A stretch of DNA of 64,000 nt from Thermoplasmata archaeon (GTDB lineage: Archaea; Thermoplasmatota; Thermoplasmata; Lutacidiplasmatales; UBA184). Every line of letters begins with the position of its first letter. The first letter of the stretch is position 1. The stretch spans positions 32,001-96,000 of the forward strand of contig JAGWLG010000001.1 of the NCBI GenBank assembly GCA_028864975.1, written 5' to 3'. Shown here piece by piece: positions 37,452 through 46,037 of this stretch. A model generated the notes under the pieces. The model saw only the letters and a list, made by a program, of their open reading frames with translations, ran no database searches and was not told where the DNA came from. A program made the position numbers and the translations under genes.

Positions 37452-38489
37452 GTGCGTACCAGCAATGTGGTCATCGCCACGCTGCTGCTGGACGGCCTCT
37501 TCTTTGGCGTGAACTTCGTGGTCTTCGCCCTCGGGGGGAGTCGGGCGGTGCTCTCCCAGGCCGTCGCGACGGTCACCGACCTGATCGGGAGCGTCATGAT
37601 CCTGTGGGGGCAGTGGGCGGGGGAGCTCCCCTCCAGCCCCAAACACCCGTTCGGTCGGGGAAAGGAGGCGTTCTTCTGGGCGTACAGCGCGGGGCTCATC
37701 ACGTTCTCCCTGGCCGGGGGTCTGGTCCTGTTCGAAGGTCTGGACCAGGCCTTGCACCCCCGTGCCGTGACCAACCTCAAGCTCGGTCTGTGGACCGTCG
37801 GGGGGACCTTGCTCTCAAGCCTGGGGAGCATGGTCGTTGTGCTCGCGGAGCTTCGCCGGGACCGGCGCAGCATCTCGGAGCTCCTCGCCTCGAGCCACCA
37901 GGGGGTCAAGACCATCTTCCTCCAGGATGTGGTGAGCGTCGTGGGGGCCTTGGTGGCCCTCGTGGGGATCAGCGTCGTCGAGCTCTCGCACCTGGCCTTC
38001 GTCGACGGGGTCTCGGCGTCCATCGTGGGTACGCTCCTGCTCGGGACGGGATTCGCGTTGGCGGCAGAAGGGCGCGAGTTCCTGGTCGGCCGAGCGCTCG
38101 AACCGGAGGAGGGTCACGCGGTCCTCGCCCTCGTGGAGCGCTACCCCTTCGTGCGCCAGGTCCTGGGGATGCAGAGCATGCTCGTAGGGCCTGAGGACAG
38201 CCTGGTGGTGCTCCGGGTCAACTTCATGGACGAGATGGACACCGACGACGTGGAGATGCACATCGACCAGCTCCGGCGTTTCGTCACGGGGGAGTTCCCC
38301 AGGGTGCGCCATCTCATCATCGAGCCGGTACGGGCGGCGGGCGAAGAGCTGGTCATGGACGACCGGCAGGGGATCTCCTCGGCACCGGGGGCTGTCGCGC
38401 CCTCCGTGCCGGTCACTCCGTCGCCGCCACGGCCTTCGGACCCGCGCGGGAGCGATGCTCGCGCGCGAGGCGGAGCACGGTCAGAGTGA
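37452..38489 (+). CDS. Cation diffusion facilitator family transporter (paralogue of 23852-24802)
   Basis: HPFGRGKEAFFWAYSAG, FLQDVVS, SMLVGP, EMHIDQL. Start re-picked by alignment to the paralogue. Confidence 0.9.
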   Translation: MRTSNVVIATLLLDGLFFGVNFVVFALGGSRAVLSQAVATVTDLIGSVMILWGQWAGELPSSPKHPFGRGKEAFFWAYSAGLITFSLAGGLVLFEGLDQALHPRAVTNLKLGLWTVGGTLLSSLGSMVVVLAELRRDRRSISELLASSHQGVKTIFLQDVVSVVGALVALVGISVVELSHLAFVDGVSASIVGTLLLGTGFALAAEGREFLVGRALEPEEGHAVLALVERYPFVRQVLGMQSMLVGPEDSLVVLRVNFMDEMDTDDVEMHIDQLRRFVTGEFPRVRHLIIEPVRAAGEELVMDDRQGISSAPGAVAPSVPVTPSPPRPSDPRGSDARARGGARSE

Positions 38490-39717
38490 TGAGGAAGGCC
38501 GCGACGATCCCGAAGAACACCGCGACCCCCCGGTTCCCCAAGAGGACGTAGAGCCCGCTCGACAGGAGCAGTCCCAGCGCCATCCCGATGGCGATCATCA
38601 TACTGTAGAGCGCCATCGTGGTCCCTCGCGTGATCCGCCGTGAGAGGTCGGTCAGCGCCGCCAGTGAGGACGGTCCGAAGGCGAGCGCGGCGACCGCCGA
38701 GACCACGATCCCGCCCAGCGCCACGAGGTCGAACCCCCGCACCGCGATCCATCCGCCGGCCGCCAGGACCCCGAGGAAGCCCAAGACGCCGATAGCCATG
38801 ACTGGGGTGCGGCCCCATCGGTCCGCGAGCTTCCCGTAGAAGGGCTGGGTCAGGAGGAGGATCGAGCCTCCGACGGCGATCACCCCCCCCAGCTCCCACA
38901 GGGGGACCTTGAGCGAGTCGGCGGCCGAGCCCAGGAAGGTGAAGAGGGCCCCCAGGAGCATGTAGATCGTGGCCCACGGGAGCACCACCAGGAGGATGTC
39001 CGGGTCGAGGATCGCCTCGCGCAGCCGCTCGCGGGAGAAGACCTCCGGGCGCCCGACCTCCCAAAGGCCCCGCGTCTCGTAGAAGACCAGGGCCAGGGCC
39101 ACCATGACCATGACCGCTCCTACGAGGAACGCGACGCGTAGGTGGTCCGGGAACTTCTGTCCCTGGACGGCGCTCACCGTGATGTAGCCGAAGGCGAAAC
39201 CGGCGATCCATCCGAAGAGGTTCGCGGCATCGAAGCGCCCCATCTCGAGCCCTCGCTCCCCCCGGCCGCTGGTGTCGCCGATGATGGCGAGCGAGGCCGC
39301 GAGGATCGCGCCGCTCGAGAGCCCGAAAAAGCCGTTCATCAGGGTCTGGAAGAGCGCCTCGCGGGTCATCGACATGAGTACCAGGAGACCGGCTCCCAGC
39401 AGCAACCCGCCCTGGAGCACGACGAACCGGCCGTAGCGGTCGCTGGCCATTCCCGAGAGGAGGACCGTCGAGAACTCGATCGCAGGGGCGGCCGCGGCGG
39501 CAAGCCCTACGGTCTCGACGTTCGACCCGAGGTAGAAGAAGAAGACACTGGTGGTGATCCCGAAACCGAAGCGGATGAAGAAGGTGGCCAGGAAGACCGT
39601 GGGGAGGAGACGGCGATGCCCGGGCATCGGGGCAAGACCGTCCCCTCCGACCGGAGGGACCTCGGTCCGCATCGGCCCCGCGGGGGCCGACCCCGCGTCG
39701 CCCGTCCTCGCCGTCAC
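38413..39717 (-). CDS. MFS transporter
   Basis: GMASDRYGRF and GKLADRWGRT motif A copies; 12 TMs. Confidence 0.92.
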   Translation of the reverse strand: MTARTGDAGSAPAGPMRTEVPPVGGDGLAPMPGHRRLLPTVFLATFFIRFGFGITTSVFFFYLGSNVETVGLAAAAAPAIEFSTVLLSGMASDRYGRFVVLQGGLLLGAGLLVLMSMTREALFQTLMNGFFGLSSGAILAASLAIIGDTSGRGERGLEMGRFDAANLFGWIAGFAFGYITVSAVQGQKFPDHLRVAFLVGAVMVMVALALVFYETRGLWEVGRPEVFSRERLREAILDPDILLVVLPWATIYMLLGALFTFLGSAADSLKVPLWELGGVIAVGGSILLLTQPFYGKLADRWGRTPVMAIGVLGFLGVLAAGGWIAVRGFDLVALGGIVVSAVAALAFGPSSLAALTDLSRRITRGTTMALYSMMIAIGMALGLLLSSGLYVLLGNRGVAVFFGIVAAFLITLTVLRLAREHRSRAGPKAVAATE

Positions 39718-40112
39718 CGCTCCTTTTCGCCGGTCCCCCGCCGCTCCAGAAGCTCGATCCAGATCCCGTTCGGGTCGTGGACGAACGCGATGCGACCCGA
39801 ACCGCCCTGGAGCTGGTAGGGGGCTTTCGCGAGCTTCGCGCCGTGCAGCTCGAGGGCGCGGATCGCTTCCTCGAGGTCCGGGACCTCAAAGGCGAGATGG
39901 TCCAGCTGGTCACCCTCGGTGAGCTCCTTCTTGTCCTTCCACCAGGTGAGCTCGATCCTCATTCCCGAAGCGGGCTCCCGGACGAACGCGATCTCCGCGT
40001 GGTTCTCGGGGATCTCCCGTCGGCGTTCCATATCGAGCCCCAGGCCTTTCGTGTAGAACTTGAGGCTCTCGTCCATGTTCCGGACCGTGATCGAGGTGTG
40101 GGAGAACTTCAT
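39714..40112 (-). CDS. VOC/glyoxalase (lactoylglutathione lyase-like)
   Basis: HTSITV...SLKFY, IELT, DHLAFEV, AFVHDPNGIWIEL. Confidence 0.9.
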   Translation of the reverse strand: MKFSHTSITVRNMDESLKFYTKGLGLDMERRREIPENHAEIAFVREPASGMRIELTWWKDKKELTEGDQLDHLAFEVPDLEEAIRALELHGAKLAKAPYQLQGGSGRIAFVHDPNGIWIELLERRGTGEKER

Positions 40113-40175
40113 GGCGCCACGACGCCTCCGTGTCCTAAAGTCTTCCCTCGCTGGCCTTGCGGGCGCGCAAGCCCC

Positions 40176-41951
40176 TCACGGGTGAGCGAAGATGAAACGA
40201 CGTGGTTGCTCGGGGTCCTCCGGTTGGGGGTCTGCACGGACGAACCCGAAGCGCTCGAACTGGAAGAGCTGCCCCTCACGGCTGGAGGAGAGCGAGGCCT
40301 CCCCCATCCCCAGGAGATGGGGGTCCTCCAAGGTGAAGACATCGATGTGGGTCGCGCCCTTGGCCGCGACCCACTGGATCCGCGGGAGGGGCTTGTTGGG
40401 ACGCGTGGTGAACGTCGCGATGACCTCCGCCCCCGCCTCCCCGTCCGCCTCGACCCCTTCGGAGGGAGGGACCTGCGGAGGGAGCTGGACGTTCAAGAGG
40501 TCCTTGAGCCGGATCTCCTTCCCGGCGTTCTTGAGGAGGTCCGCCTCGGGGAGGAAGAACGCGTCGGAGATCTCGACCTCCCGCTCGCCCATCTCGGGGC
40601 GCTCCGGATGGTTCGCGAGCCGGGCGACCCTGAGGTCCCCGGGCATGCCTTCGACACGTAGGCGTCGTGGACGAGGTACGAAGGCACGGCGGGGGGTGGT
40701 CGGGTCGAGCAGTCTTCGGTTCTCGGCGTACAGGGTCTCCGCGGGGACCTCGATGTCCGACTGGGAGAGCCCGAACGACAGGACAAAGTCGCGGATCGCC
40801 TGAGGCCGGATCCCTCTTCGGGACAAGGAGGAGAGGCTCCAGGTGCGGGGGTCGGCCCAGCCATCGTACGCCCCGCTCTTGACGTCCTGGTAGGACTTGC
40901 TCTTCGAGATCTTCGTCTCCCGGATCCGGAGCAGCCCCCAATGGAGGAAGGCGGGGCCACGCAGCCCGAGCGCGCGCCAGAGCGCCTCCTCCATCATGTC
41001 CTCGATGATGAGCTCCTTCCCACGGATCACGTGGGTGATGCCCAGCTCCACATCGTCGATGGCGAACGCGTACTCCAGCATCGGCCAGACCCGGTACCTC
41101 GTCCCCACCCGGGGGTGATGGAAGTCGCTGATCCGGAACAGGACCCGGTCGCGGAAGGCCGGGTTCGGGTGCCCCATGTCCGTCTTGATCCGGACGACGG
41201 CCTCGCCGGGGGCATACCGGCCTCCCAGCATCCCCGCCCACTGGTCCCTCTGCCATGGGGTCTCGCGGCTCCGCTCGGGACACGCGACCCCGGCCTCGCG
41301 GTTCTTGCGTAACAGCTCGGCCGGGCAGGTACAGACGTAGGCCGCCCCGAGGTCGAGGAGCCGAGGGAGGTCGCGGTAGTAGAGCTCGAGCCGGTCCGAC
41401 TTGTAGTAGATCGCGTCGGGCTGGATCCCCGCCGCGGCCATGTCCTGGAGGATCAGGTCGTAGCTCTCCGGGACCGGGCGTTTCTCCTCCGATCCCACGG
41501 TGTCGTCGAAGACGAGGAAGAACTTCCCGCGGTACCGCTGACGGTACTCCTGATTGACGAAGAGCCCCCGGGCGTTGCCGATGTGGAGCGACCCCGAAGG
41601 GAACGGGGCAAGCCGAAGCACGACCTTCCCCATCTCCGCTCCAGGGAGCGGTGGCAGCCCGTGCTCCTGCTCGTGCTTGGCCTCGGCCTCCTTCCGAGCC
41701 GAGGTGGTCGTGAGCGGACCTCCGAGCTCGGCGAGGCGGCTCTTGCGGTGCTCCGCGTCCAGGAGCGAGACCTCCGCGATGACGCTCTCCACCGTCCCTG
41801 AGAGCTCGCCGCGGTGCGGGCGCAACGCGGCATCGGAACCCAGGAGGGCTCCGAGCACGCTCTCGGGTCGCGGTGGCGCTCCGTGGCGCAACGCGTTCTC
41901 CAGCGCGAGCCGGAGCGCACGCTCCCGTACGGCTCCGGGTTCGAAGGTCAT
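40176..41951 (-). CDS. gltX: Glutamate--tRNA ligase (archaeal type)
   Basis: RLAPFPSGSLHIGN, AYVCTC, PNPAFRD, THVIRGKE, KISKS, FQFERFGF. Confidence 0.97.
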   Translation of the reverse strand: MTFEPGAVRERALRLALENALRHGAPPRPESVLGALLGSDAALRPHRGELSGTVESVIAEVSLLDAEHRKSRLAELGGPLTTTSARKEAEAKHEQEHGLPPLPGAEMGKVVLRLAPFPSGSLHIGNARGLFVNQEYRQRYRGKFFLVFDDTVGSEEKRPVPESYDLILQDMAAAGIQPDAIYYKSDRLELYYRDLPRLLDLGAAYVCTCPAELLRKNREAGVACPERSRETPWQRDQWAGMLGGRYAPGEAVVRIKTDMGHPNPAFRDRVLFRISDFHHPRVGTRYRVWPMLEYAFAIDDVELGITHVIRGKELIIEDMMEEALWRALGLRGPAFLHWGLLRIRETKISKSKSYQDVKSGAYDGWADPRTWSLSSLSRRGIRPQAIRDFVLSFGLSQSDIEVPAETLYAENRRLLDPTTPRRAFVPRPRRLRVEGMPGDLRVARLANHPERPEMGEREVEISDAFFLPEADLLKNAGKEIRLKDLLNVQLPPQVPPSEGVEADGEAGAEVIATFTTRPNKPLPRIQWVAAKGATHIDVFTLEDPHLLGMGEASLSSSREGQLFQFERFGFVRADPQPEDPEQPRRFIFAHP

Positions 41952-42002
41952 CGCGTGGCCGATACGTCCCCGCGCAAAAGGATGTGCGCGGAGCGGAGGT
42001 CC

Positions 42003-42830
42003 CTACGCGCTGGGGGAACCCTCTCCCGGCCGGCGGCCCCTCCGCTTCCCGTGCGCGCCCGGCAGCTGCACCCCCAGGCGCAGTGCGGTCGACTTGAGCG
42101 CGTCGGACATCGAGAGCGTTCCCTCGAGCACGGCGGTCGCCTTCTCGCGGGGGATGGTGAAGAGCCCGCCGCTCATCTCTCGGCTGATCCGCTGGACATT
42201 GGCGATCTCCCCGGGGGTGATCTTGAGGTCCTCTTCCTCACGGACGGGCGACCCTGGTGTGGCGGCGATCGCCTTCGCGGCCAGGATGTCGTTCTGACGT
42301 CTTCCGGGGAGCGTGGTCCGCTCCTCGTTCGCGAGCTCGACCGGGGCCCCCAAAGGGAGCAGGGCGTTCACGATGCGCGAGCGACGGAGCTGGTCCCCGC
42401 TGCCGACGCGGAAGATCAGCTGCGACCGCGGGAAGCCGCGGGAGAGCTTTCGCCCGAGCGCGGCCACGGCCTCCGGGCTCTCGACGACCCCTTCGGCGAG
42501 GCAGGTCCCGCTCGGGCCCAGGACCGCGTACCCCGGACGCGGGCCAGGGTCAATCCCGACGACGAGGTCGCGGGGCGTCATCTCAAGGTCCATCGCCTCA
42601 CGCAGCGCGACGCCGAGCGCGCTCAGGTCTCCGGCCTGAGCGACGATCACGCGGGGAAAGTTCACCTTCTCCGCCTCTTCGCTCGAGGTCACGACGACCG
42701 AGACCCGGGCCGGGATCCTCTGTCCAGGGAGGAGGCTCACCGTGGGGATCTTCCTTTCACGAAGGTAGGACGCGACCTCTCCATAGAGGACGGGGTCGCG
42801 GGTGACCAACCCCACCCATCGCTCGCGCAA
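42003..42830 (-). CDS. RNase H-fold (YqgF/RuvC-like) putative nuclease
   Basis: VVGIDPGPRPGYAV, LANEERTT, NDILAAKAIA acidic triad. Start approximate. Confidence 0.65.
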   Translation of the reverse strand: MRERWVGLVTRDPVLYGEVASYLRERKIPTVSLLPGQRIPARVSVVVTSSEEAEKVNFPRVIVAQAGDLSALGVALREAMDLEMTPRDLVVGIDPGPRPGYAVLGPSGTCLAEGVVESPEAVAALGRKLSRGFPRSQLIFRVGSGDQLRRSRIVNALLPLGAPVELANEERTTLPGRRQNDILAAKAIAATPGSPVREEEDLKITPGEIANVQRISREMSGGLFTIPREKATAVLEGTLSMSDALKSTALRLGVQLPGAHGKRRGRRPGEGSPSA

Positions 42831-42944
42831 CAGGGGCAAGAGGGGAGGGGAGAATTTGGGGCTTCCGTTCACCTGGCACCGGTTCCCGGCCGGGCCGCGG
42901 GGAGCTCTTGGAAGCGTCATGTGGGCGTCCCCCCTCCAGGGGCG

Positions 42945-43448
42945 ATGCCTCCGGTCTGCATCCACTGCGGGACGCCTCTGGAGGAGGGGGCGTTCTTCTG
43001 CCCGAAGTGCCTCCGCACCCAGGTCGCGATCCCGACGAACCCCGGCCTCCCTTTGGCCCCTGCCCCCTACGGGGGGACCCCCTCGGCCGCTCTCCCCCCG
43101 CCCACCTCGCCTCCGCCACCCATCCGGTACCTGACGGCACCGCCGCCTCCTCCCGGCACACCTCTTCCATCCGCCGCGGCGTGGGTCGCCGCGCCCTTTC
43201 CCCCGCATCCGCCCCCCCCTCCCGCACCGACACCCCCTGCCGAGGGTCTACCGGTGCCCCCCGGGACCGTGGGCCCCGCGCGAAGGTGCCCCACGTGCAA
43301 CAGTGTTATCTCGGCGGTCTCGGTCGCATGCCCCGTATGCGCGACCACCCTCCCGCCCGAGGGTCCGGCCGCCCCCCTCCCCTCGGCGCCTCCGCCCCCT
43401 CGCGCGACCGGCGACGCAGCGGCCGCCGGGGGCTCCGCACCTCGGTGA
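42945..43448 (+). CDS. Double zinc-ribbon Pro-rich protein
   Basis: CIHC...CPKC at the N-terminus and CPTC...CPVC near the C-terminus. Start re-picked. Confidence 0.7.
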   Translation: MPPVCIHCGTPLEEGAFFCPKCLRTQVAIPTNPGLPLAPAPYGGTPSAALPPPTSPPPPIRYLTAPPPPPGTPLPSAAAWVAAPFPPHPPPPPAPTPPAEGLPVPPGTVGPARRCPTCNSVISAVSVACPVCATTLPPEGPAAPLPSAPPPPRATGDAAAAGGSAPR

Positions 43449-43852
43449 TGGTCGCGGTCGCTCGAGAGCGTATCGAGATCCTGTTCCGCCAGGCCGAGTC
43501 CGCGAGCCGGGAGGGTGCGCTCGAGATCGCCGACCGGGATGTCCGTCTCGCCCGTCGGATCGGCACGCGCTACAACCTGCGGCTCCCTTCGGAGCTGCGC
43601 GCGCGATTCTGTCGTCGTTGCTTCCACTATCTGCAGGAGGGGGTCACGTCGCGGACCCGTCTGCGTCAGGGTCGTCGGGTCGTGACCTGCCTGTCGTGCG
43701 GACGTTCGTACCAGCGGCCCTACCGCGCCAAGCGCTCGCGTGCCACCTCGAGCCCCCCTCTGCCAGGTCCCTTGACCGAGCCCATCGCGGTCCCCGTGGA
43801 CGAGCTCGGGGAGGGTGAAGGCGAAGAGGGGGAGGAGCTCGACGAGGCATGA
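43448..43852 (+). CDS. rnp4: Ribonuclease P protein component 4 (Rpp21)
   Basis: VARERIEILF..A, ARRIGTRYNLRL, FCRRC, VTCLSCG..YQRPY. Confidence 0.92.
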   Translation: MVAVARERIEILFRQAESASREGALEIADRDVRLARRIGTRYNLRLPSELRARFCRRCFHYLQEGVTSRTRLRQGRRVVTCLSCGRSYQRPYRAKRSRATSSPPLPGPLTEPIAVPVDELGEGEGEEGEELDEA

Positions 43853-43911
43853 AGGGCGTCGGGCAACCCCGCGATGCCCAGAAATAGGACGGGTCGGTCC
43901 CGCCCGCTCGA

Positions 43912-43996
43912 GCTGGCGTAGCAAAGTTTGGCCAAATGCGACGGACTCAAGATCCGTTCTCGCAGGAGTTCCCAGGTTCAAATCCTGGCGCCAGCA
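43912..43996 (+). tRNA. tRNA-Leu(CAA)
   Basis: GCTGGCG/CGCCAGC acceptor, ACGGA-CTCAAGA-TCCGT, long variable arm, TTCAAAT. Confidence 0.97.
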
Positions 43997-44157
43997 TCGT
44001 CTATCAGCTCCGATCCTATGCATCTGTCACCTCGAACAGGGGGAGAGGGGAGAGGCCCTCCGAAACCCCCCTCCAGCTCGTTCTTCGGGCCGGAGCGACG
44101 GAGGTCCCGCCCCCTCCTCCCTGGGCAGACGGTCCGAGGGCGAGTTCGATGGGTCCT

Positions 44158-44757
44158 TCACGGAGGCGCGGGCGCCTTGCGTTTGAGCTCGCGGAAGGCC
44201 ATGCGCATGTCCTCGAGACCTGGAGGTAGAGCTTGGTCGGCTCGAGTCGATGTGCCCTCTGGTTCGGAACGCGGCGCGGGGATCCCCGCCGACTCGAAGA
44301 TCTCCGCCATCTCTCCCACTTCGTCGGAGGACAAGTCGGCCCGTCGCAAGTGGTCCGGGACCTGCCCGGATCCCCCATCAAGGGTGAGCTGCCTAGGAGA
44401 CCGCCTGGAGCGTGAGAGCGGCAGGAGGGTGGAGGAGGGCTCCCGCATGCTCGATGCTGCGCTGGCCATGATCTCACTGCGTGGGTCGGGCCTGAGGCCC
44501 GGAGCCGGGCTCCTCGTGACGACCGCAGGGGTGGGGCCCAAGAGGTAGACGCGGACCAAGTTCCCCCGGCTCGGGTCGTACTGCTTGGTCGAAGGGACCT
44601 TGAGCGAGGCCAAGCCCCGTCCGAGTTTTCCCGAGGGCCTGCCGGCCGAGGTCTCGAACCCACTTCGACTCCCGGAGGGCATCGCGGCAAGGAGGTCCTC
44701 GCCGCCGACCTCCGTGCGACTTTCTCTCAACCGGGCGTCGATGGCGGCGCGAACCAC
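44158..44757 (-). CDS. Hypothetical protein, possibly a remnant
   Basis: 199-aa ORF in the post-tRNA island with a helical N-terminal half. No family recognised. Confidence 0.35.
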   Translation of the reverse strand: MVRAAIDARLRESRTEVGGEDLLAAMPSGSRSGFETSAGRPSGKLGRGLASLKVPSTKQYDPSRGNLVRVYLLGPTPAVVTRSPAPGLRPDPRSEIMASAASSMREPSSTLLPLSRSRRSPRQLTLDGGSGQVPDHLRRADLSSDEVGEMAEIFESAGIPAPRSEPEGTSTRADQALPPGLEDMRMAFRELKRKAPAPP

Positions 44758-44959
44758 TTCTGACCCGCTGAGGCCGGTCGGCGCTGACGAAGCATGAACC
44801 CCGTCCCCGATGCGGGGCGAGGCTCCGCCATCGGCGGGCCTGGGGGGAGCTGCACGCGCATCCGCCTGGTTTGACGAACCCCCCTGCTGAGGTTCGTCCG
44901 ATCATGCTGGGGTCCCGAAGCCCGGGGGGGTTCACCCTTCATATACGCCCGAGGCATTC

Positions 44960-45361
44960 ATGACTATTGAAGCAAGGAATGGGACTATGGAGCTCGAGAA
45001 GGAACCCCTCGGATACCTCTTGAGGAGCGAGCCAGCCCTCGCCATTCTTGAAGCCATCCAGGACGGTCGCCCGCGCCCGCCCGTCGAGGTGCGCCGAGGC
45101 TTGGACTTGCATCCCCAGACCTTCAAGGAGGCCGTGGATCACCTGAACGACTTCGCGCTCCTCTCCCTCATGGTCCCGCCGGGGTCGAGGGCCCGGAGGA
45201 CGGCCCGGGGGATCGCCGTTCCGCTCGTAATCCGCATCACCGCGGAAGGGCAGGAGCTCCTGGAACTGGCCGAGGGGGTCCGGAAGTTCATCCGAGAGGA
45301 GGCCCACCGCAGAGAGCTGCACCTTCCGGCAGCCACGATCATTCGGTGGCTGCCGGCATGA
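44960..45361 (+). CDS. Winged helix-turn-helix protein
   Basis: ALAILEAI...EVRRGLDLHPQTFKEAVDHL...IRITAEGQELL. The start may be ATG 44987. Confidence 0.75.
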   Translation: MTIEARNGTMELEKEPLGYLLRSEPALAILEAIQDGRPRPPVEVRRGLDLHPQTFKEAVDHLNDFALLSLMVPPGSRARRTARGIAVPLVIRITAEGQELLELAEGVRKFIREEAHRRELHLPAATIIRWLPA

Positions 45362-45987
45362 TCTCTCCCCCCGTCATCCTGGTCATCGGACCTTCTTGGT
45401 GGGCGAAGGGCTTCGACCCGCACCTACCGAAGGAGATCGACGAGGGGCTCCCGAAGTGGTGGACCCGGCGGGGTAAGGAGTTCCCCGCGCCGGTGGACGT
45501 GCGAGCCTATCTCGCGGACGTCCTCCGCCAAGAGCACCGCCCCGCGACGCTGATGGAGGCCGAGGGCCCCCGGAGGACCGAGGAGATGGAAACGAAGTTC
45601 TTCGTCGAGCTCATCGAGAAGCTCCCCGCCGCAGGGTTCGTCGCCTTCTGGCCGAAGGGGGCCAGCCCCGCCGGGCTCCTCTGGGAGCTCCCTCTCATCG
45701 TGGAGCGCGCAGGGAAGCCGCCCGTCTCCTCCGAGACGGTCCATCTCTTCCCTCAGGAGGGGGTCGGCAACTGGAACCCGGACTCCGGCTTCTTCGAGTT
45801 CCACGACAGGGCCTATCGGACGACCTACCACAAGGACATCACGCGCGCGGGATTCCAGATCTGGAAGTGGAGCGACTACCCTGGTCTCATCGAGAAGGTT
45901 CGGCGCGTCGCCCGCTCTCACCCGCCGAAGGTCAAGTCATCGAAGACCGGGAGCTCCGTCGTTCGTCCCCGACAAGTCGAGCGATGA
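45358..45987 (+). CDS. Hypothetical alpha/beta protein, possible nucleoside-deoxyribosyltransferase/TIR-like fold
   Basis: ILVIGP...ATLME...GFVAFWP.GASPAGLLWEL...VHLF strand/helix order. ATGA-coupled to the wHTH gene. Confidence 0.55.
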   Translation: MISPPVILVIGPSWWAKGFDPHLPKEIDEGLPKWWTRRGKEFPAPVDVRAYLADVLRQEHRPATLMEAEGPRRTEEMETKFFVELIEKLPAAGFVAFWPKGASPAGLLWELPLIVERAGKPPVSSETVHLFPQEGVGNWNPDSGFFEFHDRAYRTTYHKDITRAGFQIWKWSDYPGLIEKVRRVARSHPPKVKSSKTGSSVVRPRQVER

Positions 45988-46037
45988 ACGATGCGATCTC
46001 GCACCCGTCAGCCCAACGCCACACGCCCAGCGACGAC

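Noticed and set aside
38413-38489. 77-nt convergent overlap of the CDF and MFS genes as antisense regulation
   Set aside because: Both tails are low-complexity extensions. Such overlaps are common in GC-rich genomes with few stop codons.
44158-44757. Possible C-terminal winged helix of a plasmid/virus primase-helicase
   Set aside because: Only a vague resemblance. The upstream frame hits a stop within ~150 nt and has no ATPase or primase motifs.
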